From an uncultured delta proteobacterium (GTDB taxonomy: Bacteria; Desulfobacterota; Binatia; DP-6): 64,000 nucleotides of DNA. The notes under the pieces were generated by a model. That model was given only the letters and a program-made list of their open reading frames with translations. It searched no databases and was not told the DNA's origin. A program made the position numbers and the translations under genes. Shown here in pieces: positions 1 to 10,421 of the stretch. Position 1 is the first letter of the stretch. Every line of letters starts with the position of its first letter. Location of the stretch: NCBI GenBank assembly GCA_963815115.1, contig CAWFFN010000005.1:1280001-1344000 (forward strand), written 5' to 3'.

Positions 1-1414
1 GGCGCAGGCGAAGGGCGACTGCCTCGCCCCCGACACGGACGCGGGCGCGGTCGAGAGCGCGGTCGACAACATGCTGGCGAGCGTCATCCAGACGGTGACG
101 GGCGGCGCACCAGGACCGGACGCCTGCTTCGCCAAGAAGCTCACCTCCATCGGCAAGAAGGCGCAGTCCTTCACGAAGTGCTTCTCGAAGGCAGCGAAGT
201 CGGGCGTGCAGGTCGACGAGGCCTGCGGCCAGAAGGCCGCGGCCTCCTTCAACGGCTCGCTCAAGGCGTGCGGCACGCCGACCCAGCTCGCGCCGGTGGA
301 GTCGGCGCTCGACACCTTCGGCGTGGCACTGTCGCGGTCGCTGACCGTGGCGACGACGAGCACCACCACCACGACCACGAGCACGACGACGACCACCCTG
401 CCTCCGCCGCTCGGCCAGCACCTGTCGTTCACCACGACGGCGGGCACGGCCAACTGTGGCACCACCGGTCAGTTCGGCTCGCCGCCCGATCCGCCGTTCT
501 CGGGTGAGCTCGACTCCGACGCGGTCGGAACCAAGATCAGGGACCTCGGGCTCGGCTGCCTCTACATCGGCGGCGGCGCTGCGACGGTGAACCCGTCGCT
601 CATTCCGGAGAACGCCACCACGGTCCTCGACAGCCCCGACGGCACGACGCTCGCGGGCAGCCTGGGAACGGGCCGCGCAGATTGCTCCGTCGGGCCGCAG
701 GGGACGACCAAGCACTGCGTCAACAACCCCGGGGCCGAGTGCACCACCGACGGCGACTGCTTCGCGCCGGGCGGCTGCCAGGCCGACCCGACCTGCTACT
801 TCGGCCCGCCGGTCCTCGTGAACGGCTTCCCCTCGAGCTGCGTGGTGAATGCCTTCGCGCAGAGTGCGAGCGGGACCCTCAACCTGGCCACGGGCGAATC
901 GACGGTCGACATCGAGCTCGCCTCGTTCGTCTACCTGACCCTGGCCAAGCCCACCGTGTGCCCGATCTGCGACGGCGGCTTCTGTAACTACGGCGCCAAC
1001 GCCGGGCAGGCTTGCACGACCAACAACAGCACGCAGACGTCGCTCGATTGCATGCCGGATACCGGCACCTTCGTGGCCACGCTGCCGATCAGCCTCAATC
1101 CGCTGACCTCGTCGACGATCACGGCCTCGACGCCGGACGGACTGTTCTGCCCGGCGCAGGGGCACGCAGGAGCATTCGGCACGACGGTGGCCCCAGACCC
1201 GGACAACGGGATCCCCGGGGTTACTGCCGTGGTGATCACGCAGAACGGCTCGCCGGCCGGTGATCTGACCGACGGCCTGCCGCACCCCGGGGTGCTCGTG
1301 AGCAACTTCTGTATCCCGCCGACCGGCAGCCTGGCACTCGACGGGCTGGCGGACCTGCCGGGACCGGGCTCGCTCAGCTTGCCCGGGAACGCGCAGTTCG
1401 TCACCGTTCCGTAA
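1..1414 (+). CDS. Cys-rich, probably secreted protein with Thr-rich linker (5' end outside window)
   Basis: Frame is open from base 2; many paired Cys; TTSTTTTTTSTTTTTLP linker; CxxxxxxxCTTDGDC module. Confidence 0.75.
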   Translation, partial: AQAKGDCLAPDTDAGAVESAVDNMLASVIQTVTGGAPGPDACFAKKLTSIGKKAQSFTKCFSKAAKSGVQVDEACGQKAAASFNGSLKACGTPTQLAPVESALDTFGVALSRSLTVATTSTTTTTTSTTTTTLPPPLGQHLSFTTTAGTANCGTTGQFGSPPDPPFSGELDSDAVGTKIRDLGLGCLYIGGGAATVNPSLIPENATTVLDSPDGTTLAGSLGTGRADCSVGPQGTTKHCVNNPGAECTTDGDCFAPGGCQADPTCYFGPPVLVNGFPSSCVVNAFAQSASGTLNLATGESTVDIELASFVYLTLAKPTVCPICDGGFCNYGANAGQACTTNNSTQTSLDCMPDTGTFVATLPISLNPLTSSTITASTPDGLFCPAQGHAGAFGTTVAPDPDNGIPGVTAVVITQNGSPAGDLTDGLPHPGVLVSNFCIPPTGSLALDGLADLPGPGSLSLPGNAQFVTVP

Positions 1415-1453
1415 TGTAGCTTCGTTCGAGACGTAGCATCAGCAGCACGGAGC

Positions 1454-1486
1454 TCCCGGCGCCGGCCGACACGGCCGGCGCCGGGA
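1454..1486. terminator. GC-rich hairpin between convergent genes
   Basis: Perfect 15-bp stem TCCCGGCGCCGGCCG/CGGCCGGCGCCGGGA with ACA loop. Confidence 0.65.
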
Positions 1487-1496
1487 AGCCTCCGCC

Positions 1497-2708
1497 TCAG
1501 GATTCGGCGGCCTCACCCGCGCGAGCCCCTCCGAAGGTGACGCCGCGCCGCTCCGGTCCCAGCGCCACCACGAGGGCGGCGACCGACAGCACGACCACCG
1601 CCACCGACGCCATCGCATTGGCGTAGCTGGTGCGCTCCGCGAGCAGCGCCTCGATGTATGCCACGGAGCTCGCGGCCAGGACGCCGCACTGGTAGGCGAA
1701 GCCGGGCAGGAAGCCGCGCACCGGGTCCGGTGACAGCTCGGAGATGTGTGCCGGGACCACGCCCCACGCGCCCTGCACCATCAGCTGGAGAAGGAAGGCG
1801 CCGGCGACGAGCACGGCCGGATACGGCGCGAACGCCCACAGCGGCAGGACCGTGAGCGCGCCGAAGAGCGCGGTCACCATGGCGCGCCGGCGCCCGATCC
1901 GGCCCGACAGCGCGCCGAAGAGCACGCCGCCGCCGATCGCGCCGACCATCGAGAAGGCCGTGATCCCGGCGCGCGCGCGCGCGCCGAAGCCCCAGTGGCG
2001 CTCGAGAAACGTGGGGTACATGTCCTGCGTGCCGTGCGACACGAAGTTCATCATCGCCATCAGCAGCGTCAGATAGAGGAACAGCCTCCAGCTGGACACG
2101 ATGCCGCGCCCGAGTGCCCCCCAGCTCCCGAGCCTCGTGCGCTCCCAGACCTCGGACTCGGTGACGCGACTCCGGACGTAGACGGCGAGCAGCGCGGGAA
2201 GGCCGCCGAGGAAGAACAGCGGGCGCCAGCCCCAGCGCGGGAAGACGACGAGGTAGGCGAGGGCAGCCAGGAGATAGCCCACCGCATAGCCTTCCTGCAG
2301 GAGGCCGGACACGGGTCCCCGCAGGCGGGCGGGTACCTTCTCCATGGCCAGGGATGCCCCGAGCCCCCATTCCCCGCCCATGCCGATGCCGAACAGGGCC
2401 CGCAGCAGGATGAACGTCCGGTAGTCGGGCGCCAGCCCGGAGGCGACCTCGCACACCGAGTAGAAGACCAGGTTGAGCATCAGGGGAATGCGCCGGCCGT
2501 AGCGGTCGGCGAACAGGCCGAAGATCAACGCTCCGAGCGGCCGGAACGCGAGCGTCACGGTGATCGAGAGCGCCAGCTCGCTGTCGATGCGGCCGAAGTC
2601 GTGCGCGATGGCGGTCAGGCAGAAGACGACGAGGAAGAAGTCGAACGCGTCCAGCGTCCAGCCGAGGAAGCTGGCGATGACGGCGGCACGCCAGTCGCTA
2701 CTCGGCAT
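1497..2708 (-). CDS. MFS transporter, SHS (JEN1/NanT-like carboxylate) family
   Basis: ASFLGWTLDAFDFF, ADRYGRR, GIGMGGEWG, SHGTQDMYPTF; ~12 hydrophobic segments; ATG at 2708 overlaps the upstream stop. Confidence 0.9.
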   Translation of the reverse strand: MPSSDWRAAVIASFLGWTLDAFDFFLVVFCLTAIAHDFGRIDSELALSITVTLAFRPLGALIFGLFADRYGRRIPLMLNLVFYSVCEVASGLAPDYRTFILLRALFGIGMGGEWGLGASLAMEKVPARLRGPVSGLLQEGYAVGYLLAALAYLVVFPRWGWRPLFFLGGLPALLAVYVRSRVTESEVWERTRLGSWGALGRGIVSSWRLFLYLTLLMAMMNFVSHGTQDMYPTFLERHWGFGARARAGITAFSMVGAIGGGVLFGALSGRIGRRRAMVTALFGALTVLPLWAFAPYPAVLVAGAFLLQLMVQGAWGVVPAHISELSPDPVRGFLPGFAYQCGVLAASSVAYIEALLAERTSYANAMASVAVVVLSVAALVVALGPERRGVTFGGARAGEAAES

Positions 2709-4143
2709 AGCGGCCGATGCGCGTCTCCTGCACGAGGGCGGCCTTGCCGGCGGCTGCGTCACCGCCGCAGCCGCGTCCGTGGAACGAGAACGACCTCGGA
2801 TTCCGCAGCAGGTCGACGGCCTGGTCCCGGATCTGGTCGGGGAGGTCGAACGGCACCTGCAGGATGGTCTGGACGCCGCTCAGGCGGTCGACGATCGCCG
2901 CCCGGATCTGGCGCACGATGCAGCCCTGGTCGACGCGCTGGCCGTCGTCGAACTTGTTCTGGGTCCAGAGAAGCCGCCGGCCGCCGGGATCGAACGCGAA
3001 CTCCGGAATGACCCAGCCCTCCTCACCCGAGGTGGTCAAGCGGACGATCCGCCCGGGCTTGAACCTGGTGCGGGCGCGGTTCCAGCGCAGCGCGATCTGG
3101 TAGAGGTCGGTCGCCTGCTGGAAGACCGGCTGCAGGTAGCTGTCGTTGAAGACCGGCAGGATCAGCTGGTAGTCGTACTCGGCGGGGAGGCCGAGCAGCG
3201 TCGCGACGGTGGCCCAGTCGTTGTGGGCGCCGGGCAGGTTGCGGGACGACATGAAGATCACGCGGTTCATGTCGCGACTGAAGATCGCCTGCTCGTCCCA
3301 CGCGGGATCACTCGTCAGGCGCACCGGACGGCACGTGTCCCGGGCGGGGTCCGGCAATCGGCAGAAGAAGAGCTCGGGATTGATCGCGGTGTCGACGGTC
3401 TCGGTGTAGAGGAATCCCGACCCGTCGGGTGCCCACCATTGCGTCTCGTACCAGTGGCCATTGCCCGGTCGCACGACGTGCGCGTCGACCAGCCGCGGGC
3501 CGTTGGGACCGCGCGGGTCGAAGCGTGCGACCCGGATGTCGGACTTCCCGTTGCCGCCCTCGTCGGCGTTCCAGCTGAGCGCCGTCCACACGATGTAGCG
3601 ACCGTCGGGTGACCAGTAGGCGTGGAAGTTGTCGTGCAGCTCGCCGTCGAGGGTGAGCCTCGTGGGCCGGTCGCCGTCCCGGGTGATGACCCAGATGTCG
3701 GAGCCAAGACCTCCGAACCCGGGCGATCCGATCTTCACCGCGTGGCCGCTCCAGGAGTGGAAGAGGATCCACCGGCCGTGCGGTTGCACGACCGGGACCT
3801 GGTTCGGCCCCGCGAGCCCGCACGTGAGGCAGACCTTCTCGGTGCCGTCGAGCGTCGAGCGATGGATCTGGATCTCGCCGTCGCCGTCCTCGTCGCGCGT
3901 GGTGGGGTCCTGCCAGACGACGTGCTCGTCGTCGAGCCAGTCGACGGCCTGACCGAGCAGCACGGGGGCGGCGTCGACGACGAACCGGCGAGCGCCTCGC
4001 GCCGCCTGGGCGTCGGCGTCGCCGGCAAGCGCCCGCGCCGCCACGCCGGCGAGCGCGACGGCGAGCGCGAAGGCCACGCGGCGAGTCCAACGAACCGCGT
4101 GGGCACCGGGCCTGTTCGAGGCCTGGCGTCGTGTCGTGAGCAT
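2698..4143 (-). CDS. Secreted TolB/PD40-like beta-propeller protein
   Basis: Signal-like hydrophobic stretch; repeated WSPDG/WAPDG/FDPGG motifs; VCLTC. Confidence 0.7.
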   Translation of the reverse strand: MLTTRRQASNRPGAHAVRWTRRVAFALAVALAGVAARALAGDADAQAARGARRFVVDAAPVLLGQAVDWLDDEHVVWQDPTTRDEDGDGEIQIHRSTLDGTEKVCLTCGLAGPNQVPVVQPHGRWILFHSWSGHAVKIGSPGFGGLGSDIWVITRDGDRPTRLTLDGELHDNFHAYWSPDGRYIVWTALSWNADEGGNGKSDIRVARFDPRGPNGPRLVDAHVVRPGNGHWYETQWWAPDGSGFLYTETVDTAINPELFFCRLPDPARDTCRPVRLTSDPAWDEQAIFSRDMNRVIFMSSRNLPGAHNDWATVATLLGLPAEYDYQLILPVFNDSYLQPVFQQATDLYQIALRWNRARTRFKPGRIVRLTTSGEEGWVIPEFAFDPGGRRLLWTQNKFDDGQRVDQGCIVRQIRAAIVDRLSGVQTILQVPFDLPDQIRDQAVDLLRNPRSFSFHGRGCGGDAAAGKAALVQETRIGRYAE

Positions 4144-4284
4144 GATCTGCAAGACCCTCCGATGTGCCGGAATCCGTGTGGCAGTGTGATCGAATGTTCG
4201 CGCCGGATTTGCAACGATCGCGCCGGTTGACCATTCTCGAAAGGAGAGACCAGACAGCGTCCGGCGAGACCGGAGGCCCAGCCG

Positions 4285-4926
4285 ATGATCCGCCTGCACT
4301 GGCATCCGTTCTCGATTGTCCCGCGACGCGTCCGGATCGTCCTGCGGGAGAAGCGCATCCCGTACGAGGAGGTCGAGGTCGATCTCCTGCGCGGCGCCCA
4401 TCGCGGCCCGGAGTTCCGTCGCCTGAATCCGTTCGGTCAGGTCCCGGTTCTGGAAGACGATGCGCTCGTCATCTGCGAGTCGGTCGCCATCCTCGAGTAC
4501 CTGGAAGAGCGCTTCCCCGATCCGCGCCTGCTCCCCGTCGACGCCGCCGCGCGCGCCGTCACGCGCCAGTTCATGCTGTGGAGCGGCGACTACCTGAGCG
4601 GTCCCTGGGAGACCTGGATGCGACCGGCGCTCGCCCCCGATGCCCCCGTCGACGTCCCCGGGCGCGCGCAGGCGCGGGCCAAGATCGCGGCGCATCTGGA
4701 CGTCATCGAACGCCGCCTCGTCGGGCGCGACTGGCTGGTCAATCGCTACACGTTCGCCGACATCTGCTACGCGCCGTTCCTGACCGTCCTCGACCGCGTC
4801 GGGCTCGGCGATCTGGTCGACGCTCGCCCGCTGGTTGCGTCCTGGGTAGGCCGACTTCTCGACCGCCCGGCGGTGCGCGACACGGCTCCGCCACCCGTCC
4901 CGGTGTCCCTGCCCCCGAGCGGCTGA
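4285..4926 (+). CDS. Glutathione S-transferase family protein
   Basis: LNPFGQVPVL, ESVAILEYL, TFADI; GGAGG RBS. Confidence 0.92.
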   Translation: MIRLHWHPFSIVPRRVRIVLREKRIPYEEVEVDLLRGAHRGPEFRRLNPFGQVPVLEDDALVICESVAILEYLEERFPDPRLLPVDAAARAVTRQFMLWSGDYLSGPWETWMRPALAPDAPVDVPGRAQARAKIAAHLDVIERRLVGRDWLVNRYTFADICYAPFLTVLDRVGLGDLVDARPLVASWVGRLLDRPAVRDTAPPPVPVSLPPSG

Positions 4927-4942
4927 CGCCCGTCCTCGGGCC

Positions 4943-6034
4943 TCAGGCCGTCCGATCCGGGGCCGTGACGGCGTCGCCACGCGATCGCAGCGTGGCAGCC
5001 GCCTCGAGCAGACAGCGCTCGGTGGTGGGCCAGTCGATGCAGCCGTCCGTGATCGAGATGCCGTAGGCCAGGCCGTCGCGGCCCCCCGTGAGCCGCTGTG
5101 TTCCGGCGCCGAGATTGCTCTCGAGCATGAAACCCATCACGGGCGACCCCCCGTCGCGCGCCTGGTCACGAACTTGGCGGACCACCTCGGCCAGGACGTC
5201 GGGCTGCCTGGCGTAATCCTTCCCGGTCTGGGCGTGGCTGCAGTCCACCATGACTCGCGCCGGGAGGCCGGCTTTGCGGAGCATCGCCTCGCACGTGCGC
5301 AGGCTCTCAGCGTCGTAGTTGGGCGTCCGGCCTCCGCGGAGGACGACGTGGCCGTCGGGGTTGCCGGTCGTGTGGATCACCGAGGCGGTGCCAGCCGGGT
5401 CGATGCCGAGAAACGTGTGTGGATACCGAGCCGACTCGATGGCGTTGACGGCCACCGCGAGGTTGCCGTCGGTCGCGTTCTTGAAGCCGACGGGCATGGA
5501 GAGTCCGCTCGCCATCTCGCGGTGCGTCTGGCTCTCGGTGGTGCGCGCGCCGACGGCGGTCCAGCTGAGCAGGTCGGTGACGTACTGCGGGACGATGGGA
5601 TCGAGCAGCTCGGTGGCGGCCGGGAGCCCGAGCCTGGTGACGTCCAGCAGCAGCCGCCGAGCGAGCCGGAGACCCAGCTGCATGTCGTTCGTGCCGTTGA
5701 GATGCGGGTCGTTGATCAGCCCCTTCCAGCCGATCGTCGTCCGGGGCTTCTCGAAGTAGACCCGCATGACGACGAAGAGCGTGTCCTCGACCAGCCGAGC
5801 GAGTCCGGCGAGCCGTCGCGCGTACTCGACGGCCGCCTCGGGATCGTGGATCGAGCACGGGCCGACCACGGCGAGCAGCCGGCCGTCGCGACCGCCCAGG
5901 ATGCTCCGGATGGTCTCTCGCGCGCGCAGCACGACGGCGTAGTCGGCGTCGCCGGCGGGCAACTCCGCCCGCAGCGTCTGCGGCGGCGTGAGTGGCTCGA
6001 CGCGGGCGACCCGGATGTTCTGGGTCTTCAGCAT
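4943..6034 (-). CDS. aroG: DAHP synthase, class I (AroF/G/H type)
   Basis: GPCSIHD, RVYFEKPRTTIGWKGLINDP, GARTTESQTHREMASG, VDCSH, SITDGCI. Confidence 0.95.
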   Translation of the reverse strand: MLKTQNIRVARVEPLTPPQTLRAELPAGDADYAVVLRARETIRSILGGRDGRLLAVVGPCSIHDPEAAVEYARRLAGLARLVEDTLFVVMRVYFEKPRTTIGWKGLINDPHLNGTNDMQLGLRLARRLLLDVTRLGLPAATELLDPIVPQYVTDLLSWTAVGARTTESQTHREMASGLSMPVGFKNATDGNLAVAVNAIESARYPHTFLGIDPAGTASVIHTTGNPDGHVVLRGGRTPNYDAESLRTCEAMLRKAGLPARVMVDCSHAQTGKDYARQPDVLAEVVRQVRDQARDGGSPVMGFMLESNLGAGTQRLTGGRDGLAYGISITDGCIDWPTTERCLLEAAATLRSRGDAVTAPDRTA

Positions 6035-6156
6035 CCGGCGCACTCTACGATCCACGGGGGGCGGGTGCCACCGGGCATCAGTCGTGTCCCGGGGAGGCGC
6101 GCGGACGGGCAGCGCCCGATCGTGCTATCTGACCCCCGGCGAGGAGGAACCCGGCC

Positions 6157-7383
6157 GTGTCGAGAACGTTCCTGGGCGCCCTGATCGGCCTGGTCGCTGC
6201 CTCCTCGGTAGCGGCCGACGAGCCACTACTCGAGCGCCAGTACCTCACCGGGACCTGGAACGGCATCCGTCCCGTGCTCTCCGCCCACGGCTTCCAGCCC
6301 TACCTCACCTACACGGCGACGATGTGGTCGAACCTCGCCGGCGGACGCGCCACCGGGGTGCGGTTCAACGGCTACCTCGACTTCGGTCTGGAGGTCGACC
6401 TGACGAAGCTCGGCGCGTGGGAGGGGCTCGGCTTCCACGCCGACCTTCACTGGTGGCAGGGACGGCGTCCGACCGACGAGCTCGTGGGCGGTGTGCTCGC
6501 ACTGGCGCTGAGCGACTGGGAGGCCGCCGCCACCCTGCGCGTCTTCAACCTCTATTTGCGCCAGGCCTTCGATGGCGATCGTCTCGTCCTCAAGATCGGA
6601 CAGATAGCCGCCGACACCGACTTCATGGTCTCGCGCTACGGCGGGGTCTTCCTCAATGCCGGGTTCGGCGACCTGCCGTCGCAGAACCTCAACCTGGATG
6701 CGCCGGTCTATCCGCTCGCCGCCCCCGGCTTCTTCGCCTCGGGCCGTCCGCTGCCATGGCTCACCGCGCGCTTCGGGGCCTATTCCGGTGACGCGGGCGA
6801 CGACGTCGCCGGCAATCACGGCTTCGGCTGGGCGATCGGCAACAACGCGGGCTATACCTTCTTCTCCGAGATCGCCGCGGCAGCCTCCGCCGGCCGCCTG
6901 CCGGCCACCTACACGCTGGGCGGGATCTTCGACACGGGGGGCTCGGCCCAGTTCGGTACCGGCGAGGAGCGCCGCGCGCACTACGAGCTCTACCTGATGG
7001 TCGACCAGGCGCTCATCGCGAACGACCGCGGCGAGCCGGTGCTCGGCGCCTTCGCGAGCCTCTCCGGCAGCCCGCAGGACGCCCGAAACGTCGTCGGCAT
7101 CTACGCCGCCGCGGGGCTGGCGCTGTTCGGCCCCGTGCCGGCGCGGCCGCGTGACGTGCTCGGCGCCGCGGTCTCCGTGCTGCGCTTCACCGACGATTTC
7201 CAGCAGCACGAGGCAGTCGCCGGAACTCCGGTCGGCCACGGACAGACCGTCCTCGAGGTCACCTACCAGCTGGCGATCGCTCCCTGGCTGGTGGTGCAGC
7301 CCGATGCCCAGTTCTTCTTCGACCCGGCGTTCTCACGCCGCGACGCGTACGCCCTCGGCGTCCAGATGACCACGATCTTCTGA
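6157..7383 (+). CDS. Carbohydrate-selective porin, OprB family
   Basis: Signal peptide; LTGTWNGIRPVL; EVTYQ..PWLVVQPDAQ; terminal Phe. Confidence 0.85.
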   Translation: MSRTFLGALIGLVAASSVAADEPLLERQYLTGTWNGIRPVLSAHGFQPYLTYTATMWSNLAGGRATGVRFNGYLDFGLEVDLTKLGAWEGLGFHADLHWWQGRRPTDELVGGVLALALSDWEAAATLRVFNLYLRQAFDGDRLVLKIGQIAADTDFMVSRYGGVFLNAGFGDLPSQNLNLDAPVYPLAAPGFFASGRPLPWLTARFGAYSGDAGDDVAGNHGFGWAIGNNAGYTFFSEIAAAASAGRLPATYTLGGIFDTGGSAQFGTGEERRAHYELYLMVDQALIANDRGEPVLGAFASLSGSPQDARNVVGIYAAAGLALFGPVPARPRDVLGAAVSVLRFTDDFQQHEAVAGTPVGHGQTVLEVTYQLAIAPWLVVQPDAQFFFDPAFSRRDAYALGVQMTTIF

Positions 7384-7474
7384 AGGAGCCTGCGGTCGCG
7401 GACGCGTCGAGCGCGCCGCGTTGACTCCATCGCGAACCACTGTCAGGACCAGAGCCCGAAAAGGAGGAGCATCC

Positions 7475-8296
7475 ATGAGCGCGACGCACTCTCTCGACGG
7501 CAAGACGGCCATCGTCACCGGCGCCTCCAGCGGCATCGGGCGTGCCATCGCCGAGAAGCTCGGCGACGCCGGGGCGCACGTGTACCTGGCGGGCCGCACC
7601 GTCTCCGCGATGGAGGAATCGCGGGCGCGAATCGAGCGGGGAGGGGGCCGCGCCGTGGCGGTCGGGCTCGACGTGCGCGACGTCGGGGAGGTCCAGGAGC
7701 TGGTCGCACGTGCCGCGCGCGACACCGGGCGCCTGGACATCATGGTGAACAACGCCGGCCTCTCGTATCCCACGCCGATCATCGAGGGCGATCCGGAGGA
7801 GTGGCGGTCCATGCTGGAGACGAACGTGCTGGCGCTGCTCGTCGGCTGCCAGGCCGCCATCCGGGCGATGCGCGCCTGCAAGGCGCAGGGGCACATCGTG
7901 AACCTCTCCTCGATCGCCGCGCAGCGCGCCGACTCGGGCGTCTACGGCGCGACCAAGCATGCCGTCACGTGCATCAGCCATACCCTGCGCCGCGAGCTGG
8001 AAGAGGACACCATCCGCATCGTGGACGTGCGGCCCGGCGCCATCGCGACGAACTTCGCCCGGAACTTCGACCCGGCGTTCGTCGGCAACTTCATCCGCGC
8101 GACCGGCATGGACATCGAGGTGAAGCGCGGCGAGCGGCTGCCGGACGAGGTGATGGAGAAGCTGCAGCCGATCATGAAGCAGGTCCTCGCCAGCGCCGAG
8201 CACGTCGCCAACGCGGTGCTCTATGCGGTGACGCAGCCGATCGACGTGAACGTCGCGGAGATCGTCGTCCGCCCGCCGAAGCAGCTCGCGCTCTAG
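7475..8296 (+). CDS. Short-chain dehydrogenase/reductase
   Basis: TGASSGIG, NNAG, YGATK; AAGGAGG RBS. Confidence 0.93.
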   Translation: MSATHSLDGKTAIVTGASSGIGRAIAEKLGDAGAHVYLAGRTVSAMEESRARIERGGGRAVAVGLDVRDVGEVQELVARAARDTGRLDIMVNNAGLSYPTPIIEGDPEEWRSMLETNVLALLVGCQAAIRAMRACKAQGHIVNLSSIAAQRADSGVYGATKHAVTCISHTLRRELEEDTIRIVDVRPGAIATNFARNFDPAFVGNFIRATGMDIEVKRGERLPDEVMEKLQPIMKQVLASAEHVANAVLYAVTQPIDVNVAEIVVRPPKQLAL

Positions 8297-8386
8297 GTTC
8301 GGCCGTTCGGGGACGGAGAGCGCGTCGCCGAGCCATACTGGAAGCAGGACTTCCGTTCTGCTACTTCGCGCGCCGCGGACCCGGAG

Positions 8387-8824
8387 ATGGCGATGCGTTC
8401 CCCGAGATTGGCTGCCGTCGCGCTGGCGATCGGAACCGCCGGCGGAATCGGGTGCGGCCCGTCCCGCGTACCGCTCATCCAGCCCAAGCCGGCGCCCGAG
8501 CCCGAGGTGAGCGCGGAGCAGGCTCAGCGCGCCGCGGCCTCGAAGTTCCAGAAAGAGATCGTGATGGCGGAGGTGGCGCGGACGCACCCCGTGCTCGCCG
8601 CCACGCTCGCGCGCAACCTGGCCGACCTGCAGAAAGCCATCAAGCAGCGCGGCAACCTGAACGAGGTCCGCAAGGACATGCACCTCGGGCCCCCCCTGCG
8701 CGAGGCCTGCCGCATCGGGTGGAGGGAAGGGATCGACGAGCTGCGCAAGGCGGGGGCGAAGTGTCTCGGCGACGCCCGCTGCGAGGCATGCGTCCAGCGC
8801 AGCATGCCGCCGCCGACCGGCTAG
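8387..8824 (+). CDS. Hypothetical lipoprotein-like protein
   Basis: Hydrophobic leader ending GIGC; GC3-rich coding pattern; four further Cys. Confidence 0.55.
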   Translation: MAMRSPRLAAVALAIGTAGGIGCGPSRVPLIQPKPAPEPEVSAEQAQRAAASKFQKEIVMAEVARTHPVLAATLARNLADLQKAIKQRGNLNEVRKDMHLGPPLREACRIGWREGIDELRKAGAKCLGDARCEACVQRSMPPPTG

Positions 8825-8840
8825 CGTCGTCCGGCGGCCG

Positions 8841-10334
8841 TCACTCCCCGATGCTCGAGCGCGCCGCGGCCTCCTTGATCGCCTTCCCGTCGATCTTGAG
8901 CATGAAGCCCGCCCGGACCGCCCGGCGTGTCGCCCTGCTCACCTTCGCGACGTAGGCGCGGTGATCGGGATAGAGGGAGGCGAGCGTCACGGCGTCGAAC
9001 GGCTCCGTGGTGCCGAAGAGAAGGCAGAACCCCGATCCGCTCTGTCCCTCTCCCGACAGGGAGGCGATCGGCACGTCGAGCTGCGGCGTCCGGATGCCGC
9101 CAAGGGCGTTGCCGTGCGGGTCGCGCGCGAGGGCCGGCGGCGAACCCGAAGCGATCTCCAGATGGGGGGCGTGGCGTGCCGGGGTGCCGCGCCGTACCCA
9201 GCGATGGAGCGCGGCGAACGCGGCATTCAGCACGTAGTGCGCCGGTCCGGCGTTGATGGGCGAGCTGCAGACGATGCCCGGGATGGGCGACGAGGTCACC
9301 ACGAGAGCGGCGGCGGCGGCCGACCCGAGCGGGTCCGAGTTCGCCACCGCCAACCCATAAGCGTCGTCGTGGGCGGTCCCGGCGATCTCCCAGAGCCGGA
9401 TGCGCTTGCTGTCCGATTGACGCTCCTTGAAGAAGTTGAGCCCGAAGATGTCGGTCTCCGTCTGCAAGATCAGCACCGGGACGTCGAGGTCGCTCCGGAT
9501 GCGGCCCGGGGAGGGCGTCGCGACCACGGCCTGCGGCGGCTCCGACAACGCTGCGGCGCGGTAGCGGCTGTGGACGAGGTAGCCGTCGTACACGCCGGCG
9601 AGCGGATGGATCGCGTTGACGTAGGTGACGAGCCGAGAGGCCGACTGCGAGTTTCCAGATCCGATCACCCTCTTTACCTTCAGGCCGCCGAGCGGGTCGG
9701 CGCCTACCGGGTGACGCATTGCCTGGCCGACCTGCGAATAGATGTCGTACGAGAAACTGTCGCCGGGATGGCTGAGCGACCCGTAGCGTACCGGATCAAC
9801 GAACTTGAGCGAGATGGTTAGCTGTCCCACGATCGTCGTTCCGCCTTCGATGCCGACGCGCTGGGCCGAGACGCCGACCCATGCGAAGCCGTCGCGGAGC
9901 ATCTCGCTGTGCGCCGACGTCCAGTCCGGGGCGGAGTCCAGACCGCCACTGACGTTGAGCCACTCGACGACGACCGTGCCATTGAACTTCGCGGCGTCCG
10001 TCGGCCGGTGCACCACGATGCGCGTCTTGTAGGGCGCCCTGTCCGCCGGGGTCGCCATCCACCGGCCGTCCGAGCCGAAGGTCCCGGCATTGGCGTAGGA
10101 GCTGGCGGTGCCGGAGATGAAGTACTCCTGCTCGAGGTAGCCGAATGGGCTCAGATCGAAGGTGGTGGCCGCGATGAACGTCCCGCGTCCGCTGGTGATC
10201 GGGCCCTCCACGGTGGGGCTGGCGACGTCCGCGGATGCGACGGTCACGGCCGGCGCGGCGAGCAGCGGGGCGACGAGCGCGAGCCCGACGACGTGGGCGG
10301 CGAGATTCGGACGCTGGCGAAGTGACCTACGCAT
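8841..10334 (-). CDS. Secreted alpha/beta hydrolase domain protein
   Basis: EQEYFISGTA, NGTVVVEWLNVSGG, GNSQSA nucleophile elbow, RDPHGNALGGIRTP. Confidence 0.85.
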   Translation of the reverse strand: MRRSLRQRPNLAAHVVGLALVAPLLAAPAVTVASADVASPTVEGPITSGRGTFIAATTFDLSPFGYLEQEYFISGTASSYANAGTFGSDGRWMATPADRAPYKTRIVVHRPTDAAKFNGTVVVEWLNVSGGLDSAPDWTSAHSEMLRDGFAWVGVSAQRVGIEGGTTIVGQLTISLKFVDPVRYGSLSHPGDSFSYDIYSQVGQAMRHPVGADPLGGLKVKRVIGSGNSQSASRLVTYVNAIHPLAGVYDGYLVHSRYRAAALSEPPQAVVATPSPGRIRSDLDVPVLILQTETDIFGLNFFKERQSDSKRIRLWEIAGTAHDDAYGLAVANSDPLGSAAAAALVVTSSPIPGIVCSSPINAGPAHYVLNAAFAALHRWVRRGTPARHAPHLEIASGSPPALARDPHGNALGGIRTPQLDVPIASLSGEGQSGSGFCLLFGTTEPFDAVTLASLYPDHRAYVAKVSRATRRAVRAGFMLKIDGKAIKEAAARSSIGE

Positions 10335-10421
10335 GGTCGGACGAGTTTCCTCCTCCGGTTGACCTACCCGAGGGCCGAGAGGGCGACAAGGCTTGGCGAC
10401 CAGGGCGGCTGGAGCGCGCGC

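Noticed and set aside
350-397. ACC/ACG trinucleotide run as a phase-variable tract
   Set aside because: Mixed codons encoding a Thr linker; length changes would keep the frame.
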